DNA of 64,000 bases from a virus (taxonomy: Duplodnaviria > Caudoviricetes). The DNA lies in IMG/VR virus record IMGVR_UViG_3300014204_000110; one strand, 5' to 3'. A program made the position numbers and the translations under genes. A model generated the notes under the pieces. That model saw only the letters and a program-made list of their open reading frames with translations. It was not told the DNA's origin and ran no database searches. This document shows positions 10,062-21,089 of this stretch, piece after piece; the stretch's first letter is position 1; each line of letters starts with the position of its first letter.

Positions 10062-10973
10062 TTATAATTTATTTTCTAATTTATATTTTTCATTATTAAA
10101 TTCACATTTAAAATCCATACAATATTTTTTACAAATAATATCATTATTAGAATTATGATTATTAAACCAATTTAGTCTATCTTGATAGATATTATTTTTT
10201 AATAATCCAATTGGATTTCCATTTTCTCTAGCATATACTAAACAAGGATAATGATAATTACCAACAATAGATATATCATTTTTAACTAAATAACATTTTG
10301 AACTATCATTATATGATAAACCTCTCATTGTTAAACCTTGTTTAAATCTATTAATTCTATAATTTAAAATAGGATATTTATTAAAATTTATATTACAAAA
10401 CTTCGGAAACACTTCATCTTTAGTATTTATACTTAATTTAATATCATTTACTCCCATTGCTAATATATATGTAATTATATCATTAATTCTATTTACATTA
10501 ATATTATCAATAACTAATCCAATATTGACATAATTTATTTTTGATAATTTTATTATATTAGTAAAAATTTTGTAAATATTTTTGTAACCTCTAGTTTTGA
10601 GAATATCTATATCATAATCATCTAATGAAATTGAAAACATATCTATATTTAAACTTTTATAAAATTCAAAATCAGCACTACCATTTGTTGATAATCCTAA
10701 TTTTATATTTTGTTTTTTTATAAAATCACATAATTGTTTTAATTTAGGATATAGTGTTGGTTCTCCACCAGTTAGTTGAATATGATGTAATGTATTTTTA
10801 TTATTTAATATAAATTCACAAATATTATTATAATTTATCTCTGATTTTAATTTATTACAATATGTACATGAAAAATTACAATTATATGTTACTGCTATTT
10901 CACAATACCAAAATCCATTATCATTATAATTTAATCGTTCTTGTGTAATTTCACTAAAACCAGTATTTAACAT
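10062..10973 (-). CDS. radical SAM protein
   Basis: CNFSCTYC, LTGGEPTL, STNGS, SISLD; C-terminal Cys cluster. Confidence 0.9.
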   Translation of the reverse strand: MLNTGFSEITQERLNYNDNGFWYCEIAVTYNCNFSCTYCNKLKSEINYNNICEFILNNKNTLHHIQLTGGEPTLYPKLKQLCDFIKKQNIKLGLSTNGSADFEFYKSLNIDMFSISLDDYDIDILKTRGYKNIYKIFTNIIKLSKINYVNIGLVIDNINVNRINDIITYILAMGVNDIKLSINTKDEVFPKFCNINFNKYPILNYRINRFKQGLTMRGLSYNDSSKCYLVKNDISIVGNYHYPCLVYARENGNPIGLLKNNIYQDRLNWFNNHNSNNDIICKKYCMDFKCEFNNEKYKLENKL

Positions 10974-10975
10974 AG

Positions 10976-11245
10976 TTAATTCTCATAATTTATTTGTATT
11001 TGATCTAGATTACTATTAACTAGATATATACTATTTATTCTTTTATCTAATGGAATATCATTAAATACTATACAATTATCTGGATCAATAAATGTTTTTG
11101 ATTTTTTACTCCAAGCCCATTTTGATTCTATTCTAACTTTAGCTTTAGTAATATCTATAACATAAGTTAAATATTTATATTCATTTGAACATATATGTAA
11201 TACATAATCACCAATACGTATTTCTCTTCCTAGAAAGTCTTTCAT
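10976..11245 (-). CDS. small beta-barrel-like protein, MKD..G.E..IGD family
   Basis: paralog of 16740..16937 and 17173..17376. Confidence 0.55.
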   Translation of the reverse strand: MKDFLGREIRIGDYVLHICSNEYKYLTYVIDITKAKVRIESKWAWSKKSKTFIDPDNCIVFNDIPLDKRINSIYLVNSNLDQIQINYEN

Positions 11246-11673
11246 ACGTCTCCTTTTATATAACTATCAAATTCAGAATTAGTCATATTTAATTTATCTT
11301 TAGTATCTTTAAGTTCTTTAAGTAATTTAATAAAATCAGAAAATTTAAGAGCACAATAATCTTCTGAATGATTACGAGAGAATATAAGTAATGGTGGATG
11401 TTTACGATTATCACTTTCAGCTTGTTTAAGAGCTGACCATATATTTAATTTCTCTTGATTTTTATTTTCTATACTAAATGGTATACATTCTCTAGCTTTT
11501 TCTGAAAGTTTAATGTCCTCGCCTGGAACACCACCTGGTGTGGGGTAAACACAATCTTCAGATAAGTTAAATGTTGTACGTATAAGTTCAGCTATTCGTT
11601 GAGATAAACGTCTTCCCTTCGATTTTGATGCAGCAATGCTTATACGCTTCTTTTTCTTTATAATTTCAGTCAC
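11242..11673 (-). CDS. PD-(D/E)xK nuclease, Holliday-junction-resolvase-like
   Basis: SKSKGRR...GEDI...SIENKNQEKLNIWSALKQAE. Confidence 0.75.
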   Translation of the reverse strand: MTEIIKKKKRISIAASKSKGRRLSQRIAELIRTTFNLSEDCVYPTPGGVPGEDIKLSEKARECIPFSIENKNQEKLNIWSALKQAESDNRKHPPLLIFSRNHSEDYCALKFSDFIKLLKELKDTKDKLNMTNSEFDSYIKGDV

Positions 11674-12253
11674 GTAAGTTAATTCCTTTTGATTTATTTT
11701 CGTTTATAAATTTTTCACATATCCAGATGACATCTTTTTCTTTTCTATAACCTAAAAGATATCTTAAATGATCTTTCTGTCCTTGAGATGTATATTTAGG
11801 AGATGTTCGTATAATGCAATAACCTCGTTGAGATGATAAATTCTTAAATCCAGCACATAAAAAATCATAAGATCTTAATAATGTATTAATAGAACTATAA
11901 TTTTTAAGACCAAGTATAATATGATAATGTCTATGTGAAGTTAAAACAACATCTATATCATTAATACTTGAATCCTGTATAAGTATATTACATTGAGATT
12001 GAATACAATCAAAATTTTCACCATCAATGTCTAGAGGACATATTTTAGAATTATATATATCAAATATAAGACCATATGCATAATAGTCTATATTATTCAA
12101 ATCTATAATACTATTAAATGGTTCTAAATATATTTCTGATGAGTGTTCATATTTAAGTGAATGAGTATATATAACTTTTTTATATGAATCTAGATATCTA
12201 TCAGAATGGTATAAGGTCGTGATATAATTTGAATAATTTATTTGTTGTATCAT
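11666..12253 (-). CDS. AEP (primase-polymerase) fold protein with C-terminal NLR tag
   Basis: LDID...TSHRHYHII...IRTSPK; ends GINLRD*. Confidence 0.5.
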   Translation of the reverse strand: MIQQINYSNYITTLYHSDRYLDSYKKVIYTHSLKYEHSSEIYLEPFNSIIDLNNIDYYAYGLIFDIYNSKICPLDIDGENFDCIQSQCNILIQDSSINDIDVVLTSHRHYHIILGLKNYSSINTLLRSYDFLCAGFKNLSSQRGYCIIRTSPKYTSQGQKDHLRYLLGYRKEKDVIWICEKFINENKSKGINLRD

Positions 12254-12680
12254 TACTTAAAACCTGATGTTCTATAATAGGTTTGTAAAATAATCCAGAT
12301 GAATTAATTATAACTTCTTCTTTAATATCACAATCTAATATTGGTCGAAATATATCTATATCATGGCCAAATAATTCTATTTCATGTGATGATATACGCT
12401 TAAGACCTTTTAATCTTAAAACTTCAGATCTAGATATTATTCTAATTGATCTTATAAAAGTATTATTCATTAATGTTGATTGTAATATATTAAGTTTTCG
12501 ACCCATATAATAGAAACCATCTTTAGATTCTGTTATTATATAAAGCTTCCATGATGGTTCTTGAATGTCTGATCTTAAATTAATTTTAGTATGTTTAATT
12601 ATATCTGTACAATATTCAAATGAAAAATTATAGATATAAGCTAATTTTAATAATCTTTTAAGATATATAATATCAGTCAG
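12201..12680 (-). CDS. hypothetical protein (start uncertain)
   Basis: open frame downstream of the zinc-ribbon gene; contains KINLRSD. Confidence 0.45.
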   Translation of the reverse strand: MTDIIYLKRLLKLAYIYNFSFEYCTDIIKHTKINLRSDIQEPSWKLYIITESKDGFYYMGRKLNILQSTLMNNTFIRSIRIISRSEVLRLKGLKRISSHEIELFGHDIDIFRPILDCDIKEEVIINSSGLFYKPIIEHQVLSNDTTNKLFKLYHDLIPF

Positions 12681-12891
12681 GGGGATAAAATGCTGCTTTG
12701 TTTCCTCCACCAAGGAGGTGTTGTGGTACTGTGGTTCCACTACTTGGTCTGAAGTTATATGTTGTTGCACTATATTTCCTCTGCATAGGTTCATTACATA
12801 TTTTACACGTTACTATTTCATCGTAACGTTTAACAACTACTTCATTTTCACTATTTCCACAATGTGTACAAAAAAAGTCTAATATTCTCAT
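12673..12891 (-). CDS. FmdB-like zinc-ribbon protein
   Basis: DFFCTHCG...CKICNEPMQR.YS. Confidence 0.7.
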   Translation of the reverse strand: MRILDFFCTHCGNSENEVVVKRYDEIVTCKICNEPMQRKYSATTYNFRPSSGTTVPQHLLGGGNKAAFYPPD

Positions 12892-13063
12892 ACTATTTCT
12901 TCTATTGTTATTTTATATTTCTTATCTAATAACTTATCTACTTTAATAAAATTTTTAGAAGTATATTTTAATTCAAATTGTTGATCTTTATCTTTAAATT
13001 TAATAACACTTGGATTAATATGAGATAAGAATGATTCTTCTATTATTGGATATAATTCATATT

Positions 13064-13654
13064 TCATTTAGATAGTTCCTCATATTTCTTTTTTATAGCA
13101 TTCCAATCATTTAGCTTAATCTGTTCTTTATATACATAATTTTCTACTTTACTACGTTCTTCATAATATGAAGCTTTGTTTGTAGTAAATATAGGAATAT
13201 TTTCATGAGTTCCAATTTGTTTACCATGAAAATCCTGAATTAAAAACTTACGTTTAAAGAAACAAAACTGAGGATGTTCATCAAAACATACAATAAGTTT
13301 AGGAGCGATAATATCAGTAAGCTTTCGAACAAAATAACTAAATGATTTAATATTTTTAGGATTAATATCTACGTTTGGTATAAGAAAGTCATAAGTAATA
13401 AAATACTTATCAATCTTAAGTTCAGTCATAAGATTAATTATAACTTTATCATCTGGAGAATCAAAAAACTTTGAACTTGGTGGATCTCCTATAAGAAGAA
13501 CTCCAGATCCAAAGTTAGAAACGTTGCCATAAAATAATTTAATCTTACTTTTTTTTACTTCTAAATTAAGATTCTTTTGATATGTTTGTATCTCAATTCT
13601 TAAATCATTAAGTTGTTCTTCAGTTGTTTTATTTATTGAAAATAAGTCTATCAT
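13064..13654 (-). CDS. uracil-DNA-glycosylase-fold protein (degenerate)
   Basis: VLLIGDPP...IAPKLIVCF...HGK...IPIFTT; canonical HP motif absent. Confidence 0.55.
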   Translation of the reverse strand: MIDLFSINKTTEEQLNDLRIEIQTYQKNLNLEVKKSKIKLFYGNVSNFGSGVLLIGDPPSSKFFDSPDDKVIINLMTELKIDKYFITYDFLIPNVDINPKNIKSFSYFVRKLTDIIAPKLIVCFDEHPQFCFFKRKFLIQDFHGKQIGTHENIPIFTTNKASYYEERSKVENYVYKEQIKLNDWNAIKKKYEELSK

Positions 13655-14068
13655 TTATCCTGGTCCAAAATCTGTATATTTTCGAGCTGTAATAGTATTT
13701 AATCTAAGCATAGTCTTTTCTTGTTCTTTTTCTAACCAATTCATAGCTTTTTGATTTTCAGATAGTTCTATATAACTATCTCTAAGTTGTATATTTTTAG
13801 GTCTAGATACTTCTGTTTCAATAGGATCCATTAAGATATCAGTACTAGATATAACTACTTTATCATCATGATAAGCTGTTCTATTAGTAGCAACTATCTT
13901 AGAACCACATTTAGGACATTCAAAAGTATCACCAGCGTATACATGACTTCCATCAAAACTATATCGTACTTTAGTTCCAGTATGAACACATTGCATTTCT
14001 TTAAGACATGACGTGCATATATACATAGTTATTTTTCTAATGTTTAATGAAAGTTTTACCATTGTCAT
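13655..14068 (-). CDS. zinc-ribbon protein
   Basis: CTSCLKEM...GDTFECPKCG; real start probably at MYICT. Confidence 0.55.
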   Translation of the reverse strand: MTMVKLSLNIRKITMYICTSCLKEMQCVHTGTKVRYSFDGSHVYAGDTFECPKCGSKIVATNRTAYHDDKVVISSTDILMDPIETEVSRPKNIQLRDSYIELSENQKAMNWLEKEQEKTMLRLNTITARKYTDFGPG

Positions 14069-14504
14069 TAGTATATAATCGTTCTATTATCATAAAAAAC
14101 ATATTATCTTTAATTGTTACATGTTTTTTAATTACTTTAAAATAATCTGATATAGAAGAATCATAACACATATAAATATTATTTTTTTTAAATCCTTCAA
14201 AATCGTTATCTGTATGATTTTCACAAATACATTCTTCATATGTATTAGGATCTATATAATATTTTTCATAGACAGATATTTCATTATCATCATAAGATTC
14301 ATGAAATTTAACTAAGTATTGATCTTTATCTAATTTATTTTTATAATCTAAATATTCTGATGTATTATATAGTAAATAATATTCATTTAAAGTATAATCT
14401 ATAACTTTTTGTTTTTTAATAATATTTTTTAAGTTAAATTTATTTGTTATTATAATAAAACTAGAGCTACTAGAATTACTTACGAATCCGTTACGAGTTT
14501 TCAT
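14037..14504 (-). CDS. phage protein of the MKxRxGFVSNSSSSSF family
   Basis: N-terminus MKTRNGFVSNSSSSSFII. Confidence 0.7.
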   Translation of the reverse strand: MKTRNGFVSNSSSSSFIIITNKFNLKNIIKKQKVIDYTLNEYYLLYNTSEYLDYKNKLDKDQYLVKFHESYDDNEISVYEKYYIDPNTYEECICENHTDNDFEGFKKNNIYMCYDSSISDYFKVIKKHVTIKDNMFFMIIERLYTNDNGKTFIKH

Positions 14505-14845
14505 TTCGTCCCCAATTTAGAAGTTATATATTTATCTATATAAGTATCAAATCCAAATAATTTAGTAAGATTACTCTTTTTAAGCATACAAGAAATATCT
14601 TCTTCAGATATATTATAACAGTTAGCTACATGAAGTTTAGTTCTACAATGAGTCATAAGACTATAAGGATAACTTCTTGTTGGTTGTCTTATTCTAGAAC
14701 AACATGATTGTTCATCTGTTGGATACCAACGCTGTGCATTGTCAAATTGACCATCTGGATGGATCATTCGTTCTTTAAGCTTTATGTATTCTATTGTAGC
14801 TTTAACTATGTTTAGATCTAAGTTATCTGTTCTGAGATTAATCAT
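14501..14845 (-). CDS. phage protein with N-terminal NLR tag
   Basis: MINLRTD; core HPDGQFDNAQRWYP..CC..IRQPTRSYPYSLMTHCRT..HVA. Confidence 0.65.
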   Translation of the reverse strand: MINLRTDNLDLNIVKATIEYIKLKERMIHPDGQFDNAQRWYPTDEQSCCSRIRQPTRSYPYSLMTHCRTKLHVANCYNISEEDISCMLKKSNLTKLFGFDTYIDKYITSKLGTK

Positions 14846-15077
14846 AGGTTATAATAATCCTTAAATGATTCGATAGATTCATCTAATGTCTTTATACATT
14901 TATTTATATTTTCTTCATTTTCAGAACTTAATTTAAACTTAATATGTTGTTTTTTAAATATAATTCCAGTTTCTTCATAATCTAAATCAAGTTTAATATC
15001 ATAATCAAAAGCTAATTCTTTTAAAAATGGTATAAACTTTGATGATTTTGGTATTATACAACTATATTTATAACTTA

Positions 15078-16739
15078 TCATATCTTCATCTCACGTAAGA
15101 ATTTTGGTTTTTGTCCACTATAACTTATATATAGTTTTTGTTCTGGACGTGTGATCGATACGTAATACAAACGACGTTCGCTTTCCAAATCATAATCTTT
15201 ACCGTTTTGTGGATCAAATTGATTACACCAAGGCATTATAATTATTCTCTTTTGTAAACCTTTAAAACTGTGAATCGTTGACAATTGCACTAAAGCATTA
15301 TCTTCACCAAGATTACTTTCACCATTAAGACCAAGATCATTACTTATATCTCTTATATCAGAAGTATTAATTAAATATTCTTTAGAGATATCTCTTATAA
15401 AACTTTTCATATCGTCTTGATAATCAAATGAAGGTATAAAATATTTTTCTATAAACAAAGCTAGAAGTTCAAGATTACTATTTTTATTACTGTTAAAGAA
15501 ACTTATAATGCTTATAATACTATCATACTTTTTATGATTTTTAGGATCGTGGAACAAGTCTAGAAGGTATTCATTAAGCTTACGATTTTTAATGTTCTTT
15601 TTAATATACTCTACTGTTGTTTTACCAATGCCTCTGAGAGCTTTAGAAGCTATTTCTAGGTCATAAATGTCACCAGTCTGTCCTGCTAGCTTCATACAGG
15701 AGATCATCACTTTAATGGCACTTCTGTCGCTTATCTCAAGACTATCATTAACCTTATACTTGATGTTAGCTTTTTTAAGCGCAAATTCTAGATGATTTTT
15801 ATATAATCGATTACGATAAAGTATAGCTATCTCTTCGTTTTTATTTTGCTTACACTTGGTTATTATCCATTCTATTTCATCCATTGGATTTTTAGCTTCG
15901 AATGTAAGTATTACTCCATCTTCTTGATTAAAAGATTTTATTTCTTTTTTGATACGATCTTTGTTATGTTCAATGACTCTTACTGATGCTTCGACTATAT
16001 TTTTACAAGATCTGAAATTTATTCCCATATTTAAGATTTTACAATTAAATATCTTTATAAAATCTGTTACGTTTTCAGGTCTCGCTCCTCTAAATCTGTA
16101 CAAAATCTGGTCATCATCGGCAACCCCAATCATATTACAATTTAATTTTAGTTGTAAAGCTTTAAGCATTTCTAACTGTGGAAAGTTGGAGTCCTGTAAT
16201 TCATCTGTCAAGATGTGAGTGATCTTAGGTAAAGTTAAATTAGGAATAAGTTCTATAATTTTATAGATCATATCATCAAAATCTATAAGATTATATTTAT
16301 CTAGTTCATTATTATATTTAATTATTTCTTCACTTTGTTCTAGGGGCCAATCTGATTTTGCTTTAGAAATTAGATCTGTTATTTCTTCAAGTTTGTTTTT
16401 ATCTTTTTTACAATCAAATACTTTTCTAATTATAAGACGTTTTTTACCCTCATCACATATATTCCAATGAATATTGTTTCTTCTTGCAAAAGTATTAGCA
16501 AGTCCATGAAAAGTTCCACCAATAATTCTAGATTGATCTACTTTATTACATTTAGAAATTATGCTTTGACTTGCTTTATTGGTGAATGAAACTAAACATA
16601 CATAATTATTAGGATCTTGAAGTATCTTTTCTGCTATAAATGATAGCATTGTACTTTTTCCTGAGCCAGGTGCGCTGCTAACGTATAGATTATTATGTGA
16701 TTCGTTTAATATTATCTGTTGTTCTTCTGTAAGATTCAT
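15078..16739 (-). CDS. uvrD: UvrD/Rep/PcrA SF1A helicase
   Basis: APGSGKS, SFTNKA, TFHG, DELQD, DDDQILYRFRGA, TIHSFKGL, ERRLYYVSITR. Confidence 0.93.
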   Translation of the reverse strand: MNLTEEQQIILNESHNNLYVSSAPGSGKSTMLSFIAEKILQDPNNYVCLVSFTNKASQSIISKCNKVDQSRIIGGTFHGLANTFARRNNIHWNICDEGKKRLIIRKVFDCKKDKNKLEEITDLISKAKSDWPLEQSEEIIKYNNELDKYNLIDFDDMIYKIIELIPNLTLPKITHILTDELQDSNFPQLEMLKALQLKLNCNMIGVADDDQILYRFRGARPENVTDFIKIFNCKILNMGINFRSCKNIVEASVRVIEHNKDRIKKEIKSFNQEDGVILTFEAKNPMDEIEWIITKCKQNKNEEIAILYRNRLYKNHLEFALKKANIKYKVNDSLEISDRSAIKVMISCMKLAGQTGDIYDLEIASKALRGIGKTTVEYIKKNIKNRKLNEYLLDLFHDPKNHKKYDSIISIISFFNSNKNSNLELLALFIEKYFIPSFDYQDDMKSFIRDISKEYLINTSDIRDISNDLGLNGESNLGEDNALVQLSTIHSFKGLQKRIIIMPWCNQFDPQNGKDYDLESERRLYYVSITRPEQKLYISYSGQKPKFLREMKI

Positions 16740-16937
16740 CTATAAATATATCTCCAAATCTTCAGCACTAGCTTTTACTAAATTGGTTGAATCTACAAAT
16801 ACTTTAGTGTCTAGTTTTACTTTTTGTGGTGTAAAATCTTTTATCTTAACCACTTTAAGATGATTACCGTATTTTGTATGAACTATTCTAAAACAGATAT
16901 CATCTATTTGAAGTTCTCGTTTAAAATAATCTTTCAT
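16740..16937 (-). CDS. small MKD..E..I.D family protein
   Basis: paralog of 10976..11245 and 17173..17376. Confidence 0.55.
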   Translation of the reverse strand: MKDYFKRELQIDDICFRIVHTKYGNHLKVVKIKDFTPQKVKLDTKVFVDSTNLVKASAEDLEIYL

Positions 16938-17172
16938 TCATCTTCCTTTTCATCTAATCTATATGGACGATCTTCTGCGTAGTTCCAATGACGAATATCA
17001 TCTAAACATATATAAAAATTTATTTTAAATAATGTTAATTCAAAATTCCATCCAAAATGATCACCTTTATTATTATATTGTAATAAAATAGTAAAAGGAG
17101 AATATCGATCATTTATTATACCTATTGAGAATCTTTTTAATTTAAATATTTTAGAATATCCTATATTTTTCA

Positions 17173-17376
17173 TTAATAACTTTCTCCAAGTATAAAATGT
17201 TCATCATATGTTTTAAATACGTTTTGTGGATAAACATGATGTTTATCATCTAAAATTAAACGATCTTTATTAAAATGAGTTATTCTTCTTGGTACTAAAC
17301 GTACATAATTTCTAGATGCTCGTATATGTACAACAATATCTCCAATATTTAATTCTGTTCCAAGTCTATCTTTCAT
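17173..17376 (-). CDS. small MKD..G.E..IGD family protein
   Basis: MKDRLGTELNIGDIVV. Confidence 0.55.
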   Translation of the reverse strand: MKDRLGTELNIGDIVVHIRASRNYVRLVPRRITHFNKDRLILDDKHHVYPQNVFKTYDEHFILGESY

Positions 17377-18503
17377 AATGCACCGTCTTCTTCAATTTCT
17401 TCATCTTCGTTCGTTGGTATATAGTTCATAACCAGTTTTGTATATGCATCCATTAGTTGAGGTTCTAGATATGCTATTAGATCATCTGGAGCTTTTTCAA
17501 CACTTTCTTTAATACCTCTTGATTTAAATTCTTTAGGTTCTCCATTTACTTCATAAGTAATATGTTTACCATCCCAAATTTCAAGATCTTTTGCAATACA
17601 TAGGACGTTAAAGCGATGGTCAAATGCCCCATGATAGAAATATATTTTTATAGAATTTAAACGATATCGATCTTTTACCTTGCTTTTTAAAATAGTCAGT
17701 TTAACTGGAAAGCTATTTGGAGGAGCTTTTTCACCTTCTTTTACTGGAAATTGAGCATCACCCATTCTGGTCATTTTAACGTTTAAAACGTTATAATGTT
17801 TAAGAGCATTACCACCAGTTTCTTTTTCTTTATCACGAGCCATTGATGTAATATCAGTACGCACTTGAGAAGCTAGAATAAGTGTAAGCATGTCCATTGC
17901 TTTAGAAGTATACATTCGAAGGAATTGACTGTATAATCTAGGAAGTAAAGCCATAGTATCATCATTTGTAGAGCGTTCTGTATCACTAGGAGTTCCGTCT
18001 TTCTTCTTACCTTTATAAAGTTCTTTACCTGAAGCAAGAGCTTGTAAGGTATCAATAATAAGACAATCTACTCCACTTTCATCATCTGAACATTTCATAA
18101 CGAAATCAAGGTTTTCTTCAGCAAGTCTAGGTTCATAGACAAGTGTAGCTTTTGGATTACAGCCTTGTTTAATTGCCCATTCACGATCAAAACTTTTTTC
18201 AGCTGGAATATATGCAGTAACAAAGTCAGTAAAAATCTTTTGCCAATATGCAATAGATACAAGAAACTTAGTTGTTTTACCAACACTTTCACCACCTACA
18301 AGCTGATTAATTTTATTCTTGACCCATCCTCCACCAGTAAGTACATCGAAACCGATTATACCTGTAGGAAGACGTTCTATTTTACCGATGTTCTCTTTTT
18401 CATCTAGAAATCCTATTTTAGTCTTATCTGGATCTAGTTTATTATCTTTAATGAAACTATCTATAAGCTTATTTAAAGCTTTCTTTTTTTCTTTGCTAAT
18501 CAT
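17373..18503 (-). CDS. recA: RecA/UvsX-like recombinase
   Basis: PTGIIGFDVLTGGG, Walker A GGESVGKTT, LIIDT, SQVR, TGGNALKH. Confidence 0.9.
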   Translation of the reverse strand: MISKEKKKALNKLIDSFIKDNKLDPDKTKIGFLDEKENIGKIERLPTGIIGFDVLTGGGWVKNKINQLVGGESVGKTTKFLVSIAYWQKIFTDFVTAYIPAEKSFDREWAIKQGCNPKATLVYEPRLAEENLDFVMKCSDDESGVDCLIIDTLQALASGKELYKGKKKDGTPSDTERSTNDDTMALLPRLYSQFLRMYTSKAMDMLTLILASQVRTDITSMARDKEKETGGNALKHYNVLNVKMTRMGDAQFPVKEGEKAPPNSFPVKLTILKSKVKDRYRLNSIKIYFYHGAFDHRFNVLCIAKDLEIWDGKHITYEVNGEPKEFKSRGIKESVEKAPDDLIAYLEPQLMDAYTKLVMNYIPTNEDEEIEEDGAL

Positions 18504-18610
18504 TCTATGTCCTTAATCAAAAATTGATAATAATAGTGTTATTAACATTAATGGTATTTGAATTATATCATCTAATATATCTAAAAACCAATTATCTTTA
18601 CGTTTTTCTT

Positions 18611-18907
18611 TCATTTTATATATAATTTTTCTATTTTAATAATTAAAATATTATTTTTATTTATTTTAACTTTACCTAATATTTCTACATAGTCATTTAT
18701 TTTAACTAAACAAAAATTATCAAATAATATTTTATTTGTTTCTCTAACTTCAAATAATATTTTATTTCCATTATTATCAGAAATATATCCAAATAATAAT
18801 TTATTAAATTTTTTTATTGTTGTAATATATCCACTAGTAGTAATAATTAAATCAATATCATCATTACTAATTTTATCAATTAACATATTATTTCTCAAAT
18901 AAATCAC
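18611..18907 (-). CDS. small OB-fold-like protein
   Basis: TSGYITTIKK...FGYISD...DYVEILGKV pattern. Confidence 0.4.
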   Translation of the reverse strand: MIYLRNNMLIDKISNDDIDLIITTSGYITTIKKFNKLLFGYISDNNGNKILFEVRETNKILFDNFCLVKINDYVEILGKVKINKNNILIIKIEKLYIK

Positions 18908-19412
18908 ACATAGTTAAATCATCATATTTAACTTTTAGAGATTTACCTATACTTTCATATTTATTAGTTATTTTATTTTTTATATTGTTAAATAAATTAA
19001 GTAATTTGTTACTAAGCTTTGTACTATAAGTTATTTGATTAATATTAGATAATCTAGATATATCGTTTTCTAAACGAGCCATACCTTTTTTAACAGTTAT
19101 ATATTTTATAAAATCTTCTACATATTCAGAAGTGTTTTTATTTATAATTACCGATAAAATAGTTTCAGATTGGTTAGCTGTAACAAATAATGGAAATTTA
19201 TCTTGAAGTTTACATGCATCAAGCAATCTCAATATATCTTTTTCGAGTAATCCATGATTTTTATGTTCAGTATATTTACACTGAGCTATTATGTTATTAG
19301 ATATTATGTCTTCTTCTTTCTTAGCATTTCCACTACCTTTTGGTTTTACACTGTCATCACCTTTTAATAAATTTTCTACATAATCTTCAAGATCTTGCCA
19401 AGATTTCAACAT
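18888..19412 (-). CDS. PD-(D/E)xK resolvase-like nuclease
   Basis: E..V...GSGNAKKEEDI....AQCKYT. Confidence 0.55.
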   Translation of the reverse strand: MLKSWQDLEDYVENLLKGDDSVKPKGSGNAKKEEDIISNNIIAQCKYTEHKNHGLLEKDILRLLDACKLQDKFPLFVTANQSETILSVIINKNTSEYVEDFIKYITVKKGMARLENDISRLSNINQITYSTKLSNKLLNLFNNIKNKITNKYESIGKSLKVKYDDLTMCDLFEK

Positions 19413-20164
19413 AATTTTGACTTTCTAAATTTCACGGGAATTTTTTATAAATCTCTCGCGTGTAGCGATTAGAATTCTTCTTTATAAAATGGTTGTGGAG
19501 ATAAATTTCTTAAAGATTGTTGACTTTCATAATTTTTTAACATAGTTTCTAATATTTGTTTTTGATCAGAAGTTAATGTTTTATCTTTTAAATTTCTTTT
19601 TGTAGTTTCAATAGCTCTTTCAAGTTGAGTCATAAATACTCCTTATAATACTTCAAATATTTTAAATATTTCATATATATTACAATAATACTCATTATTT
19701 TCTTTTTTAATAAGATTTTTAGTATCAATTAAAGTATCTTCGATTCCTTTTTTCTCAGAATCTGTAAGTAATTGATTAAGTCGTCTTTGAATTATTTGAC
19801 GTGTTTGTATCTTAGCTTGTTCTATGTCTATTTGTTGTTCTAGAGATATAACCCTTGCAAGTTGTACAATGTTATTTTCAACTGCATCTATGAAATATTT
19901 AGAATTTACATTAATCGAAGAAGTCTGTTGCACTTACGCTCTCCTTTTTAACGTTAAACAACTCATCAGTTTTACGAGCTGTTTCTTTAAGAATTTCTAT
20001 AAATTCTTTATGTTTTTCTGGATCTTCTTTAGAATTCATTGTAAGTATCTGAAGACCACAAAGAGCTTTTAATAAATATTTAGTTTCATCATCTAGATTA
20101 TGATAACTTTTAACGTGACATTCACCTATTGTTTTTTCTTTTACATTAATATCCATACAGTATC

Positions 20165-20728
20165 CTAAAGTTCTATTGTATCATCACTAAGCTGTTGTTC
20201 TATAACTTTTGGCTTTTCTTTTTCTTTTTGTTTTTTAACTTCTTTCATAGATATTTTATTCTTTTTAAGATATTCTATAAGACCTCGATATATAATACTA
20301 TTCTCTTCAAGTTTATCTTCTTGAAGCATTTTTGAAGCTTGTTCATAATATTTCTTATCAGCTTTTCCAAGTAAGTATTCAACATCAGCATGATTAGTAA
20401 GATCAAGCAAAGCTTCATCTAGATTAATATTTTCTAATTCTTTAAGTAAAATACTATCAGCAGTTATACCAATTGCCATCTTACTAAGACTATCTCTGAA
20501 GAGATCGCTCAACGTTTTAGGATTAATATTTTCTGGAAGTTTCTTTGTATTTATAAGATATTTAATATCTTCAGATACGTCTACGTTATCAATGTGTTCT
20601 TTCATTATAAGTCTAAATGCTGGACTCATAGAGATAGCTTTAAGATAACTACCATAAGCAGCACTTTTTTTAAAGTTATTAAGATCATTGTTATCTTTTA
20701 CTGAAAGACTATATCCTAGACTAATCAT
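20165..20728 (-). CDS. hypothetical protein
   Basis: 187-aa ORF with AAGGAG RBS, ATGA-coupled. Confidence 0.6.
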   Translation of the reverse strand: MISLGYSLSVKDNNDLNNFKKSAAYGSYLKAISMSPAFRLIMKEHIDNVDVSEDIKYLINTKKLPENINPKTLSDLFRDSLSKMAIGITADSILLKELENINLDEALLDLTNHADVEYLLGKADKKYYEQASKMLQEDKLEENSIIYRGLIEYLKKNKISMKEVKKQKEKEKPKVIEQQLSDDTIEL

Positions 20729-21089
20729 TTGGATCTCCTTAGAAAAGCATCTTGTTCTTGATCGAGTCGATGTTGTTTAATTTTAGCAACCCAAGAGTTA
20801 AATTGTTCTACAGTTACTTCTATAAAATACATCTTGAGTTGAGCGTAAAATTGATTAACTCCAACTATTGGTGATTCTTCAGCGTTAAAACCTACAAGAA
20901 AACATCTATCTGTAGAAGCATCCATTGTAGGAACTATTTCATAACCGATTTCACTAGCATTCTTTTCAAATTCAGAGATACTTGAAGCTTCCCAGAATTC
21001 AGTTTCTTTATTACCAGATAGCTTACCTTTAAGTTCCTGTGCAAATATTTTTAAGATATTTGGCATATTTCCAGCACTTTTAATTTGTT

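Noticed and set aside
12681-12794. Start of the 12201 ORF at MNLCRG
   Set aside because: It overlaps the zinc-ribbon gene by about 120 bp without an RBS; the true start is unresolved (possibly CTG near 12680).
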